IMG/VR virus record: IMGVR_UViG_3300021185_002716
Location: 1 to 56,075 of that record
DNA length: 56,075 bases
Origin: a virus
Taxonomy: Duplodnaviria; Caudoviricetes
Reading direction: 5' to 3' (one strand)
Notes under the pieces: model-generated
Told to the model about the DNA's origin: nothing
Database searches by the model: none
The model's input: the letters and a program-made list of their open reading frames with translations, nothing else
Made by a program: the position numbers and the translations under genes
Shown here: positions 21,901 through 30,787 of the stretch, one piece after another
How the letters are laid out: each line of letters opens with the position of its first letter
Numbering within the stretch: the stretch's first letter is position 1

Positions 21901-22330
21901 ACCTAAAAAAAAATTTAAAGAAACTAAGGTGGGGTCTTTCCTTAGTAAAGTGGCACCTAGCCTTTTAGGTACGATGGGTGACATACTACCTGATGCGGGA
22001 GTTCTCGGTATCGTAAAGAACCTAATTGAAAAAGAAGATCCAAAAGTATTAGCCCCTCAAGATAAAGAAACAGCACTTAAGTTGTTAGAGCAGGATGCAA
22101 TAGAGATGCAAGAGATCACAAAGCGTTGGACCGCAGACATGAGTTCAAAGTCTTGGCTTGCTCAAAACGTAAGGCCGTTAACGCTTGTATTTTTCTCCGT
22201 TTCATACGTTGCGGGGTGGTATATGGACTATTCTTTAGATTCTATATCTGGAGTTTTATCTCTAATTGTTGGAGCATACTTCGGATCCAGAGGGGTTGAG
22301 AAAGTGATGGGCAATAATAGACATAAGTAA
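21893..22330 (+). CDS. putative holin (3TM holin-like)
   Basis: RWTADM...WLAQNVRPL, two TMs, GAYFGSRGVEK; next to the endolysin. Confidence 0.75.
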   Translation: MSKPKKKFKETKVGSFLSKVAPSLLGTMGDILPDAGVLGIVKNLIEKEDPKVLAPQDKETALKLLEQDAIEMQEITKRWTADMSSKSWLAQNVRPLTLVFFSVSYVAGWYMDYSLDSISGVLSLIVGAYFGSRGVEKVMGNNRHK

Positions 22331-22467
22331 TGGCAAGATTAATAGCATCGGCTTATATCGAGAAGCCTAAAAAAAAGAGACCTGGTGTTCACGCAAAAAC
22401 AAAAACATCCAAGTCTCCTGGTAGTAAGAACTACCGTAAATCTTATCGGGGGCAAGGAAGAAATTAA
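22330..22467 (+). CDS. 45-aa basic protein ending YRGQGR (not in ORF track)
   Basis: MARLIASAYIEKPKKKRPGVHAKTKTSKSPGSKNYRKSYRGQGRN*; TAATG coupling to the holin. Confidence 0.7.
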   Translation: MARLIASAYIEKPKKKRPGVHAKTKTSKSPGSKNYRKSYRGQGRN

Positions 22468-22473
22468 ATCCAC

Positions 22474-22800
22474 TTATATTCCCCAAGATTTATTGGTAAA
22501 CCACTTAACAGTTTCACTTGGTTTAGCACCCTCGATCTCTTCTTGATCTCTAAGAGCAACCAAAAGAAGAATAAGATAACCAACAAGATCTTTGACGGTA
22601 TCTTCAGTCTTGTCATATATACCCTTTTGTTCTATCCTTGATATCTTATCATCGATTCTAGCACATAAAGATTCTACAGCGTTACCATCACTGAATATCT
22701 TAACAGGGTTTGTTGCGGAATCCCCGTATGCTTCGTTCTTTGAAATAAGAAGGCCGATGATTTCGGCACCGACCCTCTCAATTTTCTCTCTCGTATTCAT
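22474..22800 (-). CDS. nucleotide-modification-associated domain protein (DUF1599-like)
   Basis: LLISKNEAYGDS...ARIDDKISRI...EDTVKDLVGYLIL. Confidence 0.8.
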   Translation of the reverse strand: MNTREKIERVGAEIIGLLISKNEAYGDSATNPVKIFSDGNAVESLCARIDDKISRIEQKGIYDKTEDTVKDLVGYLILLLVALRDQEEIEGAKPSETVKWFTNKSWGI

Positions 22801-23162
22801 TAAAATGCAAGATCGTTTACAGCGTTTTCAACTTTTTGAGCATGGTTGTTATTGCTGTTAGGAATATTACCATCCGCATAGGTAATCTTCCAGGCATTAG
22901 CATTTGCTGTTCTAAGTTCGCCATTACGATCTGTGTAACTTCTTAGGTTAACAGACACCTTCACTTCGTCACCGACATTATAAGCATTGAATAGGTTTGC
23001 TTTAGCACCAATGGCTTCAACAGGATAGTCCACAGGATACTGTGAGTCACCACCTAGTTCAACTGTTAATACTCTTTTTTCAATATCTCCTTTTTGAGTT
23101 TGAATGGTTTGTGCATCAGAGATTTTTTTGATGCGACCTTGTAATTCTACTGAATTTGACAT
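22800..23162 (-). CDS. DUF3127-family OB-fold single-stranded DNA-binding protein
   Basis: ELQGRIKKI...QYP...VGDEVKVSVNLR...AWKI and acidic tail NDLAF. Confidence 0.8.
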   Translation of the reverse strand: MSNSVELQGRIKKISDAQTIQTQKGDIEKRVLTVELGGDSQYPVDYPVEAIGAKANLFNAYNVGDEVKVSVNLRSYTDRNGELRTANANAWKITYADGNIPNSNNNHAQKVENAVNDLAF

Positions 23163-23179
23163 AATTATAATTTAAAGTG

Positions 23180-23419
23180 TTATATATATTCAGAGGTATC
23201 ACAACCTCTCGCCTCGAGATATTCGAGGACTTCACAGACTACATGATTCACATAGTCTATTTTCTTTATAAGAGTTTCATCCAACTCTTTTAATTTCTTT
23301 TTATCCTTTTCTGTATTAGTAACAGAAACTATTTCAACATGAGCCTTGTTATGGTCAATTAAAAGTTTGTCTATTTCTGGTATTTTTATTTTGTATTGTA
23401 CAGGCATTTCATCTTGCAT
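23180..23419 (-). CDS. hypothetical protein
   Basis: 79-aa ORF tightly packed in the operon. Confidence 0.55.
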   Translation of the reverse strand: MQDEMPVQYKIKIPEIDKLLIDHNKAHVEIVSVTNTEKDKKKLKELDETLIKKIDYVNHVVCEVLEYLEARGCDTSEYI

Positions 23420-23420
23420 A

Positions 23421-23768
23421 TTAAGGTGTATTTATTATCTTATTTGATATTAACATTTCAATTAACTCTAGCAGGTCTTCTTTATATAACACACAATACT
23501 CCCTGCCCCTGGGTACTTTGTGAAAAACAATAGGCACATCAGTTGCTCTGATCTGCATCTCTTCTAATACCTTTCTGTAGTTGGGATTTCGGGAGTAGCA
23601 TTTTGCCTGGACAGCAAAGTCTCCGGTATACATAAGATCAATCCCTTGATCATCCAACATCTTAGATCCGTATCTTGAAGTAACACAGTTTGTGAAACCT
23701 AAATTCTTAAAATCCTTTACTAAATCACGCTCATAGTCGTGACCCTTTCTTCTATTTTTATTTCCCAT
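23421..23768 (-). CDS. Holliday junction resolvase-like PD-(D/E)xK nuclease
   Basis: NRRKGHDYERDL...GIDL...AVQAK. Confidence 0.8.
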   Translation of the reverse strand: MGNKNRRKGHDYERDLVKDFKNLGFTNCVTSRYGSKMLDDQGIDLMYTGDFAVQAKCYSRNPNYRKVLEEMQIRATDVPIVFHKVPRGREYCVLYKEDLLELIEMLISNKIINTP

Positions 23769-24105
23769 GTCTTTTGTTTTCCTGATAATATTTATGGTTG
23801 TAACTAGATACGTGTTCTTTATTATTGTTTCTCCAGTTATGATTAGTCTCTAAATATTTTTCTCGATTGGACTCCACATACTTCCTTCTGTTTAATACTC
23901 CAAGAGATATCCCTTCAATTCCAGAAGGTTTGCTGTAATATTTTTTTCGATACTCCTTTTCTTTTTCAGGGTTCTCCAATTTTCTCAATCTTGATCTCTC
24001 TTTTATCTTTTCCTTATTTTTAAGATAATGTCTTCGGCTTGCTGCCTTTTGATCTTCTTTATTTTTGTACGCCATATAAATTAAAATCTTTGTAGACATA
24101 AACAT
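23758..24105 (-). CDS. basic helical repeat protein (true start probably at MAYKNKEDQK)
   Basis: Y..N.EK-type repeats as seen in N-termini of phage endonucleases; no nuclease motif. Confidence 0.55.
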   Translation of the reverse strand: MFMSTKILIYMAYKNKEDQKAASRRHYLKNKEKIKERSRLRKLENPEKEKEYRKKYYSKPSGIEGISLGVLNRRKYVESNREKYLETNHNWRNNNKEHVSSYNHKYYQENKRHGK

Positions 24106-24394
24106 ATTTGTACTTTACAAATGTTTTTATATCCTCATATTCTGCTAGTTTACTAAACCCTTTATGCAATAGATAGTAACAGTTACCCTCTGCCATCGGC
24201 CTAATGAAGTAGTCCTCTCTCTCAGGGACTACCTCATCTAACATAGCCGGTCTTAATAAATCTCCTGCTTCAAACTTTTTCTGTTTGCCAACGTGTCCTC
24301 CCCACCTGTTCTGTGTCCACTCAACTTTAAAAAGTTGTTGTTCATTGTCCTTTGAACCTTGGGAACTGACTATTGATTTCCTGCGTCTCGCCAT
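24059..24394 (-). CDS. hypothetical protein
   Basis: 111-aa ORF overlapping the end of the primase-helicase gene. Confidence 0.55.
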   Translation of the reverse strand: MARRRKSIVSSQGSKDNEQQLFKVEWTQNRWGGHVGKQKKFEAGDLLRPAMLDEVVPEREDYFIRPMAEGNCYYLLHKGFSKLAEYEDIKTFVKYKYVYVYKDFNLYGVQK

Positions 24395-26066
24395 TTTCGT
24401 ATTCTGAATAACATGTTGTATCTAAATCATACTTGAACTCCTGCATACCGGTCTTACCCGTGAACCTCCATCGAACCTTCCAAACATGCACCTCGACAAG
24501 TTCTTTCTCGAAGTCCCGGTAAACAGTAATTCCATTATCTACTTTATTAAAAAAGTGGGAAGAGCCGCTTACGCTATAACCTGAAGCGACTTCCACTTTC
24601 CCGTTTTCTTTTTTCAACTTCTGTGGGTGAGCAACTAGCATAACACCACAGTCATAAGCCTCCTTGAAGATCTTAATCTTTGACAGTTGAAGTCCAGTGT
24701 ATTGATGTTCGTTCATTCCTCTCTCAATCTTATGCTCTACAAAAGCCCAGTTATCAATGATCAAACAATTAATACCCATTTTCTTTACTAACTCTTTTCC
24801 TTTGTTAAGTATGCCCTCCACGGTGAGATCGTTGTCCTTTAGGTTTATGAAAAAGAAATGTTTATTTATAAAATCAATAGCGGGGTCAAGTTCTTCTGGC
24901 TGAAGGTTTGTTACAGAACCCTTCCCAAACTTCTTACCTGCATACTTTTCTATTAGTTCTGCCACATGTACCTTGATGGGTTGTTTCTCTGCTGAAAACA
25001 CTCCAAACTTCCAACCCTTCTTTGCTAACTCAACAGCAACCTGATCAACGAAACTAGACTTACCGTGACCAGGAACACCTGTTACTAGAGTAAATTCTGA
25101 TGGCCTCCAGGACATTAAACGATCAAAGTTGTTGTACCCTATCGTATCGCCTTGAGGCATACCATAATTATAGAGATCGTGAATTTCTTTTCGAGAATCC
25201 GATGCTTTACTCACGCCTTCTAATGGGTAAGGTTTTGCTGAATCAATACATTTGACCAACTCTTCAGACCCATGCTTGAGTAAAACATCATTAGCATCTT
25301 TACAATCATCAGGAAAAGTCACTAACCAAATCCTATCCTTGCCAATTCTTCTCGATAATTCGTCTCTAAGTTTTATACCTGGACCATCGTTGTCAAGTGC
25401 TAAATATATTTTATCCTTGTTTTCAAACTCATCAATGCTATTGTCAAGGTATGTGAGGTTTTGATTTCCAGTTGACGCTCCATTTGGGACCGAACAGGAA
25501 AACATTAACCTGTCTTGTTGAAGACCCGCCTCATAAAAAGCCATAGCATCAAACTCTCCCTCCGTTATTATACACCAAGATGCATCTTTGATTAGGTCCA
25601 GACCATACATAATCATTTCAGATCCCTTGTTTAGTTTAAAGTTCTTCTCTGAATCTCTAAACTTGATGTTTATCTTTCTGCCTTTTCTTATGTAATTGAA
25701 TTGAATAACTGGTCTGTCTTTCTGGACCTGTGGCATATACTCAACGCCTTCTGTTACGCCAAAATATTCTATAGTAGAATCCTTGATGCCCCTGTCATGA
25801 AAGAATTTTAAAATCTTTGGTGATAATGGAGACGCCTTTACTGTTGGTAGTTCGTAATCAGATTTATATTCAGCAACAGATCCGTTGTCTCCACAGTGGT
25901 GGCAATAATATGTCCCAGACTCCACCCATACTCTCAAACATTTTTCATGTTTGTTTCTTTTTCTGGAGTGTGAGCACTTTGGGCATGTTGTTTTTTGAGG
26001 TTCTGTCCCAGTGTTATGCTTGACGTTAATGCCAAGATCCTGTAATTTAGTTAAGTTATCTGTCAT
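24342..26066 (-). CDS. DNA primase-helicase (T7 gp4/Twinkle-like)
   Basis: Zn finger CPKC...CHHC, TOPRIM TEGEFD and LDNDGPG, KDAND, Walker A GVPGHGKS, IIDNW, VAHP, SGSSHF. Confidence 0.95.
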   Translation of the reverse strand: MTDNLTKLQDLGINVKHNTGTEPQKTTCPKCSHSRKRNKHEKCLRVWVESGTYYCHHCGDNGSVAEYKSDYELPTVKASPLSPKILKFFHDRGIKDSTIEYFGVTEGVEYMPQVQKDRPVIQFNYIRKGRKINIKFRDSEKNFKLNKGSEMIMYGLDLIKDASWCIITEGEFDAMAFYEAGLQQDRLMFSCSVPNGASTGNQNLTYLDNSIDEFENKDKIYLALDNDGPGIKLRDELSRRIGKDRIWLVTFPDDCKDANDVLLKHGSEELVKCIDSAKPYPLEGVSKASDSRKEIHDLYNYGMPQGDTIGYNNFDRLMSWRPSEFTLVTGVPGHGKSSFVDQVAVELAKKGWKFGVFSAEKQPIKVHVAELIEKYAGKKFGKGSVTNLQPEELDPAIDFINKHFFFINLKDNDLTVEGILNKGKELVKKMGINCLIIDNWAFVEHKIERGMNEHQYTGLQLSKIKIFKEAYDCGVMLVAHPQKLKKENGKVEVASGYSVSGSSHFFNKVDNGITVYRDFEKELVEVHVWKVRWRFTGKTGMQEFKYDLDTTCYSEYENGETQEINSQFPRFKGQ

Positions 26067-26677
26067 ATTATCGCTATATTCTTTCTGTTGGGGGCGACCT
26101 TACTCATAGTCTCCCACTCTTTATATTGTATTAGGTATTTTTCTATAAACTTATTTCCAAAGATCACTTCAGGAGTTACAGAGGACTGATACTTAGCACT
26201 CCAGTTCTCCTTGCACCAGACAAAAACATCGACCATCATTGCTCCCGTCACTGGCTTGCCGTCAAACTTCTTTGATAGTATGCTTTTGAATCTCTTCTCG
26301 TAGGTTCTTGGGTTATATTTATTATTGAATCTCTCATTGATATACTCAATCACATCCTTACAAACAGTTTGATACTCAAGAGATATAACCTCGTCACTGT
26401 CTGACACGGCTAACCGGAACCAGAGGGGGGTAGTCTTATACTTCGGATGAGACTTAGTGCCGATGTTTTCAATGAGACCCTTGTCGCTTAATTCAGTAAC
26501 ATACCTACTAAGACTACGGCTTGAGGTGTTAAGTTCTTCCGCTAGGTCAGTTAATATTTTATCACAGTATCCACCGCTACTGGTGTACTTGTATATAAGA
26601 TCACACAACATATATGCGACAGGAGATAGGTCGTGCTTTCTCAAAACATCATACAATATGGTGGTGGACCTTATCAT
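26063..26677 (-). CDS. putative replication initiator (N-terminal wHTH plus conserved phage C-terminal domain)
   Basis: LAEELNTSSRSLSRYVTELSDKGLIE HTH; VIEYIN...W...PEVIFGNKFIEKYL; coupled to the helicase gene. Confidence 0.75.
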   Translation of the reverse strand: MIRSTTILYDVLRKHDLSPVAYMLCDLIYKYTSSGGYCDKILTDLAEELNTSSRSLSRYVTELSDKGLIENIGTKSHPKYKTTPLWFRLAVSDSDEVISLEYQTVCKDVIEYINERFNNKYNPRTYEKRFKSILSKKFDGKPVTGAMMVDVFVWCKENWSAKYQSSVTPEVIFGNKFIEKYLIQYKEWETMSKVAPNRKNIAII

Positions 26678-26931
26678 ATTAAAAATATTTTATGAAAGTG
26701 CAATCCTTCTCTCTTTTTGTTTTGGTGAGACTCTACCCTACAGTTCAGGGTGACTATATCCTTCACCTTATATTCATCAACTTTTTCCATCTTGTCATCC
26801 CAAGCATTGACGGCTATATAAGAGTTCTCCAAGGTCTTTAACCAAATTGTTTTAAAGAAGTGTTGCTCTTTGCCTGAAATTTCTTTTGCCTCAGATATAT
26901 ATTGTACTTGCCCAATAATTTCTAATTTCAT
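26674..26931 (-). CDS. second short OB-fold / DUF3127-like protein
   Basis: LEIIGQVQYISEAKEI...IAVNAW...VKDIVTLNCRVES; no acidic tail. Confidence 0.55.
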   Translation of the reverse strand: MKLEIIGQVQYISEAKEISGKEQHFFKTIWLKTLENSYIAVNAWDDKMEKVDEYKVKDIVTLNCRVESHQNKKREGLHFHKIFLI

Positions 26932-27293
26932 TTTATTTTATCTTTAATGATCTCATCAAGAGATACTGTTTTACTATAGTTTATTCTAATGTGATTAAGA
27001 ATTAAATTTGTTTTCACAAAAAACCCTTTAGTGGTAGTGCTCGGATCTTTGGTTGTGAAGTAATCTCCCAAGATGTTAATGAACTTTTCTTCTAAAAATT
27101 CAACATGCTCTTCAGTTTCAGATAATTCTTCTGCTAATTCTGTTGTTGAAAAATTATACATCTTTCCAACTCCAATAAATATGCACGCCCCAAAATATGA
27201 GTTACCTTCAATCACCGGATTAACTTCTAGTGTGTGAGGGTTTTTAACCGCTAGGTTTTTAAGTATACCTTTTTTAATGTCTGTTAATTTCAT
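26928..27293 (-). CDS. hypothetical protein, possible HTH
   Basis: FSTTELAEELSETEEHV helix-turn-helix-like segment. Confidence 0.5.
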   Translation of the reverse strand: MKLTDIKKGILKNLAVKNPHTLEVNPVIEGNSYFGACIFIGVGKMYNFSTTELAEELSETEEHVEFLEEKFINILGDYFTTKDPSTTTKGFFVKTNLILNHIRINYSKTVSLDEIIKDKIK

Positions 27294-27294
27294 A

Positions 27295-28314
27295 TTAAAA
27301 ATTTACTTCTGCTTTTTCTTTAAATCTTACATTAAATGTCTTGCCCCATACTATCTTGCCAGAGTCTCCAAAGTCAACTTCTTGTGCCCCTCTGTGTAAC
27401 ATAATCTGTTTCAATTGTTGCATGTGAAGTTGTTTAGTTTCTTTAGCCAACTTCTCCTCTTGTCTGGCCTGAACATACTCTCTTGTGAGGTTTTTTAATT
27501 CATCATCAGAATCAATGCTTACCCTGTCGACCATGGCCTTGTGTTTTTCAGACAAGAATTGATCAAGATCAACCTTATATTCGTCCTCAATGTCTGGCTC
27601 CAGGTGTGATATCATTCTGTATGCTTCCGTAGGATTGGTAGGCCTTCCTTCCTCAATAATCTTTCTCGCATCCTGTACGCTGTTGTAGAAATTAAAAGCC
27701 TCCTCTACTATTGTTGCCTGAATATTTGGGTTTGCTTCAACAGTAAAGACATCCATGTGTCTACCATCTTTTAAGAAGGCAAACTGACCATAGTTATAGC
27801 CCAGGACTAACATATATAGTTGTATTTGGGCAATGTAGTATGGAGGGATACCACCTTCCCACTTGTCGGCATTGTATCCTGAAATCGTCTTAATTTCAAG
27901 TATGCCCTTTCCCTCTTCTGTGTCGTGACTCGTTATCTGTCTATCAATATTAGCAAACAAGAAGGGGTACTCCGGGTTAATAAATATGGAGTTTCTTCTA
28001 ATTGATTTTCTAAGTTTTGTTTTGCTTTGGTAGTTATTGATCATTTCCACAGGGTCTCCTGTCCAGTACTGCCACAGATCAGCAACGTAATCTTCAAGCA
28101 ATCTACCGTGAAACATAACTTCATTGTCAATGTTTTTCATATTGGCAGTCCCAACTGATTGATTCCATCTAGTAATTTTAGATGTCCAGGGGTTTAATCC
28201 TAGCAATGTTGAAGCGTCAGATCCGCCAACCATTCCTTTAAATACTAATGACTTTCTAAGTTCAACCCACTCTTCATAGGGCAGGTTTGCTGTTGGTATT
28301 CTTTTTAATTTCAT
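27295..28314 (-). CDS. YqaJ-like viral recombinase exonuclease
   Basis: W..LRK...GGSDAS.LLGLNPW, GRLLE, FANIDR, LEIKT, YIAQIQLYM. Confidence 0.92.
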   Translation of the reverse strand: MKLKRIPTANLPYEEWVELRKSLVFKGMVGGSDASTLLGLNPWTSKITRWNQSVGTANMKNIDNEVMFHGRLLEDYVADLWQYWTGDPVEMINNYQSKTKLRKSIRRNSIFINPEYPFLFANIDRQITSHDTEEGKGILEIKTISGYNADKWEGGIPPYYIAQIQLYMLVLGYNYGQFAFLKDGRHMDVFTVEANPNIQATIVEEAFNFYNSVQDARKIIEEGRPTNPTEAYRMISHLEPDIEDEYKVDLDQFLSEKHKAMVDRVSIDSDDELKNLTREYVQARQEEKLAKETKQLHMQQLKQIMLHRGAQEVDFGDSGKIVWGKTFNVRFKEKAEVNF

Positions 28315-28466
28315 ATTTTATATGTCTTTTTTAGTGCAGTCCTTATTAGTTCGGACACATTCATGTGTTGATTAACACACTCATTGTGCATGTTTTCGAC
28401 CTCTCCTTGAGTAAGTCTGAACGTGATTCTGTTTGATTTTTTTTCTGTGTTTACCCCTCTATCCAT
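28311..28466 (-). CDS. 51-aa ribbon-helix-helix protein (not in ORF track)
   Basis: MDRGVNTEKKSNRITFRLTQGEVENMHNECVNQHMNVSELIRTALKKTYKI*; strand-helix-helix pattern; ATGA overlap with yqaJ. Confidence 0.7.
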   Translation of the reverse strand: MDRGVNTEKKSNRITFRLTQGEVENMHNECVNQHMNVSELIRTALKKTYKI

Positions 28467-28478
28467 CTCGAATAATTT

Positions 28479-28558
28479 AAAAAAAGGAGGGTGGTATTAA
28501 GTGGCTAGGGACAACCCGCCACCAACACTATTCCTTGTTGTTGGTTTAACCCTCCTTT
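28479..28558 (-). terminator. branched stem followed by U-tract (terminator/attenuator-like)
   Basis: Minus-strand AAAGGAGGGU/ACCCUCCUUU closing stem, two internal hairpins, then a U run. Confidence 0.6.
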
Positions 28559-28563
28559 AAGTT

Positions 28564-29100
28564 TTACTTACTGGCTTGCTTTACTGCTTTTTTGGATTTT
28601 TCTGCGTTGATTAAGGACTTAAGATTTTTTAACTGTTCGCTAGTTAAAGTGCCCTTGTTAGCAGGTATCCTTTGTTCTACAACAGTGTAGTCTACAGGTA
28701 TGTGATTGACCATGCTTTCGTATACGGTCATGCTATCCTGTGCTTTAACTTGTTGTAATTCTTTCGCCTCGTCCTCGTCCATGATAGTTTCCTCCCCACT
28801 ATCTACGATCCCTAAAATAAACAATGCTCTATTTAAGGCACCAGATTGACATTTTTGAAATGAAAATGGCTCACTTGTTTTTTTATGAGCGACACCATCA
28901 GCCACAGGATTTCTATCAGGATCATAAACGACCCCTCTCATAACGATAATACTATCGTTCATATCTATAATCTCTGTGTTTAAAGAATATCCTTCAACTC
29001 TGAAGAAGTCGTTGAAGTAATTAAGTCTTTCAACCCATGGCACAATTTCTATGCCTCTACCGATTGAAGTCTTCTTGAGTTTTCGTTTTAGTTTTCCCAT
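28564..29100 (-). CDS. putative single-strand annealing protein (Rad52/Sak-like)
   Basis: IVPWVERL..F...VADGVAH...KCQSGALNRALFILGI; adjacent to the YqaJ exonuclease. Confidence 0.6.
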   Translation of the reverse strand: MGKLKRKLKKTSIGRGIEIVPWVERLNYFNDFFRVEGYSLNTEIIDMNDSIIVMRGVVYDPDRNPVADGVAHKKTSEPFSFQKCQSGALNRALFILGIVDSGEETIMDEDEAKELQQVKAQDSMTVYESMVNHIPVDYTVVEQRIPANKGTLTSEQLKNLKSLINAEKSKKAVKQASK

Positions 29101-29317
29101 AATTTATCTGTTTAGTTAAATTGATTAAATAAAAATTTACTATATAATACTTCCTTGCGTGAAACAAGATTGACTCCCAATCAAATATCCAACCCTTAAT
29201 TCTTCGCTCCATACATATTTTTTCGTGGTGTCTGAGCATAAAAAGTTTGAAATCCCTAAGAGGAAACCTCTTACGATCATGAATAATCTCGCTATTATCG
29301 TAGTCAAATCTGACCAT
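29057..29317 (-). CDS. hypothetical protein
   Basis: 86-aa ORF; an overlapping 65-aa alternative frame exists. Confidence 0.4.
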   Translation of the reverse strand: MVRFDYDNSEIIHDRKRFPLRDFKLFMLRHHEKICMERRIKGWIFDWESILFHARKYYIVNFYLINLTKQINYGKTKTKTQEDFNR

Positions 29318-29404
29318 TTTGTAAGTGATATTTTCATGTCGTGGTTATTTGCCTCGAAGTTAAAAAGAATATTAACATATGAACGATTGTAGTGTTAAAA
29401 TGTG

Positions 29405-30367
29405 TTAACTATTTATTAACAATTTATTATTTGCCTCCTGCTTTCTCAAGGAATCTATGTCGCTATGTTTTACATATCTATAAAATGCTTCAGATCCATT
29501 CGCATGGCCTGATATCCTTCTCACCTCCATCTCACTTAAACCTTTAGATAAATGGTAGGTAATCCCACTGCTTCTAAGTTTGTGTGGTGTGATTAGGTCG
29601 TATAAAAAATGTTCCGATGCTTGAGGGTTCCCCTCATGATCATAATTGTAAACGGTTTTGATTTGCATAAACTCTGGATAGAATTTAAGCAGTCTCTTCA
29701 ATGCTCTTCTAAAAGATTTCATTGACCAAACATAAGTGCCATGTTTTGCTATGTAATTATTTACATCGTCTGGCAAATAGAATCTTGATAGAGATCCCAT
29801 TCCCTTTTTTGTAATGATCGTTACAATATTACCATCACTTGTTGCCTTAAAGTTTCCAAGATCTGATATTCTCATACAAGAATAAAGCATAAGTCTAGTG
29901 TAATACCAGACGTGCTCTAGTTCTTTTCCGGGACATGTATTGTGTATAAGATCAACCTGATCTGGGGACAAAGCAATTACCTCTGTCTGTACCTCTCTCA
30001 TTGACTGCAACTTAGGAAACAGATACCCATAGTATGATTCCGCTTTTTTAAGTGTAGCCCTTATGTTTTTAAGGTCTGACTTCCTTGTGTTCGGATGCTT
30101 GCATTCATCCATAAGGATATTCAAATATCCATTGACATTGTTTTGTAATTTTCGGGTGACGATCAACCGCTCCCTTCTATTGGCAACACCGTTTAGATCT
30201 AACTCTTCGATATTAAAATCATATGAGTGGTTTCTAAAAGATGTAAGTAATTTTCTATATGCCGATATAGTTAATTTAGAGAATCTCTTTCCGTAATTCA
30301 TTATCTCCCCGTTCTCCATTAGTTCGATAATGTTTTCTAAAAGTAATGTGAATTTATAATCCTTCAT
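29405..30367 (-). CDS. int: tyrosine recombinase / integrase
   Basis: Catalytic residues visible: MRISD (R), K, HKLR (HxxR), SGH, YRY (Y). Confidence 0.88.
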   Translation of the reverse strand: MKDYKFTLLLENIIELMENGEIMNYGKRFSKLTISAYRKLLTSFRNHSYDFNIEELDLNGVANRRERLIVTRKLQNNVNGYLNILMDECKHPNTRKSDLKNIRATLKKAESYYGYLFPKLQSMREVQTEVIALSPDQVDLIHNTCPGKELEHVWYYTRLMLYSCMRISDLGNFKATSDGNIVTIITKKGMGSLSRFYLPDDVNNYIAKHGTYVWSMKSFRRALKRLLKFYPEFMQIKTVYNYDHEGNPQASEHFLYDLITPHKLRSSGITYHLSKGLSEMEVRRISGHANGSEAFYRYVKHSDIDSLRKQEANNKLLINS

Positions 30368-30477
30368 AGAAGTATATTTATTTAGTTAAACAAAATCCGA
30401 TAGTTAATAAGTAAAATTAGTTGTGATTGTAGTTGATTTCAGAATGTGCCCGTACTGACTGTACAGGCCGTTCTGTC

Positions 30478-30499
30478 GTAGTCCCTAGGGGACTTGAAC
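30478..30499 (-). other. candidate attP core: 3' end of a tRNA (Glu-like)
   Basis: Minus strand GTTCAAGTCCCCT-AGGGACT-AC reads as T-loop, 3' T-stem, acceptor strand and discriminator, with no 5' half; 110 bp upstream of int. Confidence 0.6.
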
Positions 30500-30505
30500 A
30501 ATCGT

Positions 30506-30763
30506 TCAATCGTTAATAACTTTATCTATCCTTTCGGACAGGCCTCCATAGTACTCTATGATCCTGCACGACTCCTCGAATCGTAGTGGTGATAAGCCTG
30601 TTTTCTTTTGATTTAACGTGCTCTTTTTAGACTTCGAGCCGTATATATATTCACATACCTGTGTAGTTGGTATGTCCTCTAATTGAAGCAACTTATGTGC
30701 TTTTTCTTTGAGAGATATGTGAGAGGAGAGTCCTCTTCTTTTAGTTTTCATTCTAGTTATCAT
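30506..30763 (-). CDS. small HTH (XRE/Cro-like) protein
   Basis: IPTTQVCEYIYG...STLNQKKTG...LRFEE pattern. Confidence 0.55.
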   Translation of the reverse strand: MITRMKTKRRGLSSHISLKEKAHKLLQLEDIPTTQVCEYIYGSKSKKSTLNQKKTGLSPLRFEESCRIIEYYGGLSERIDKVIND

Positions 30764-30787
30764 TAGTTATTATCATTAAAAATAGTA

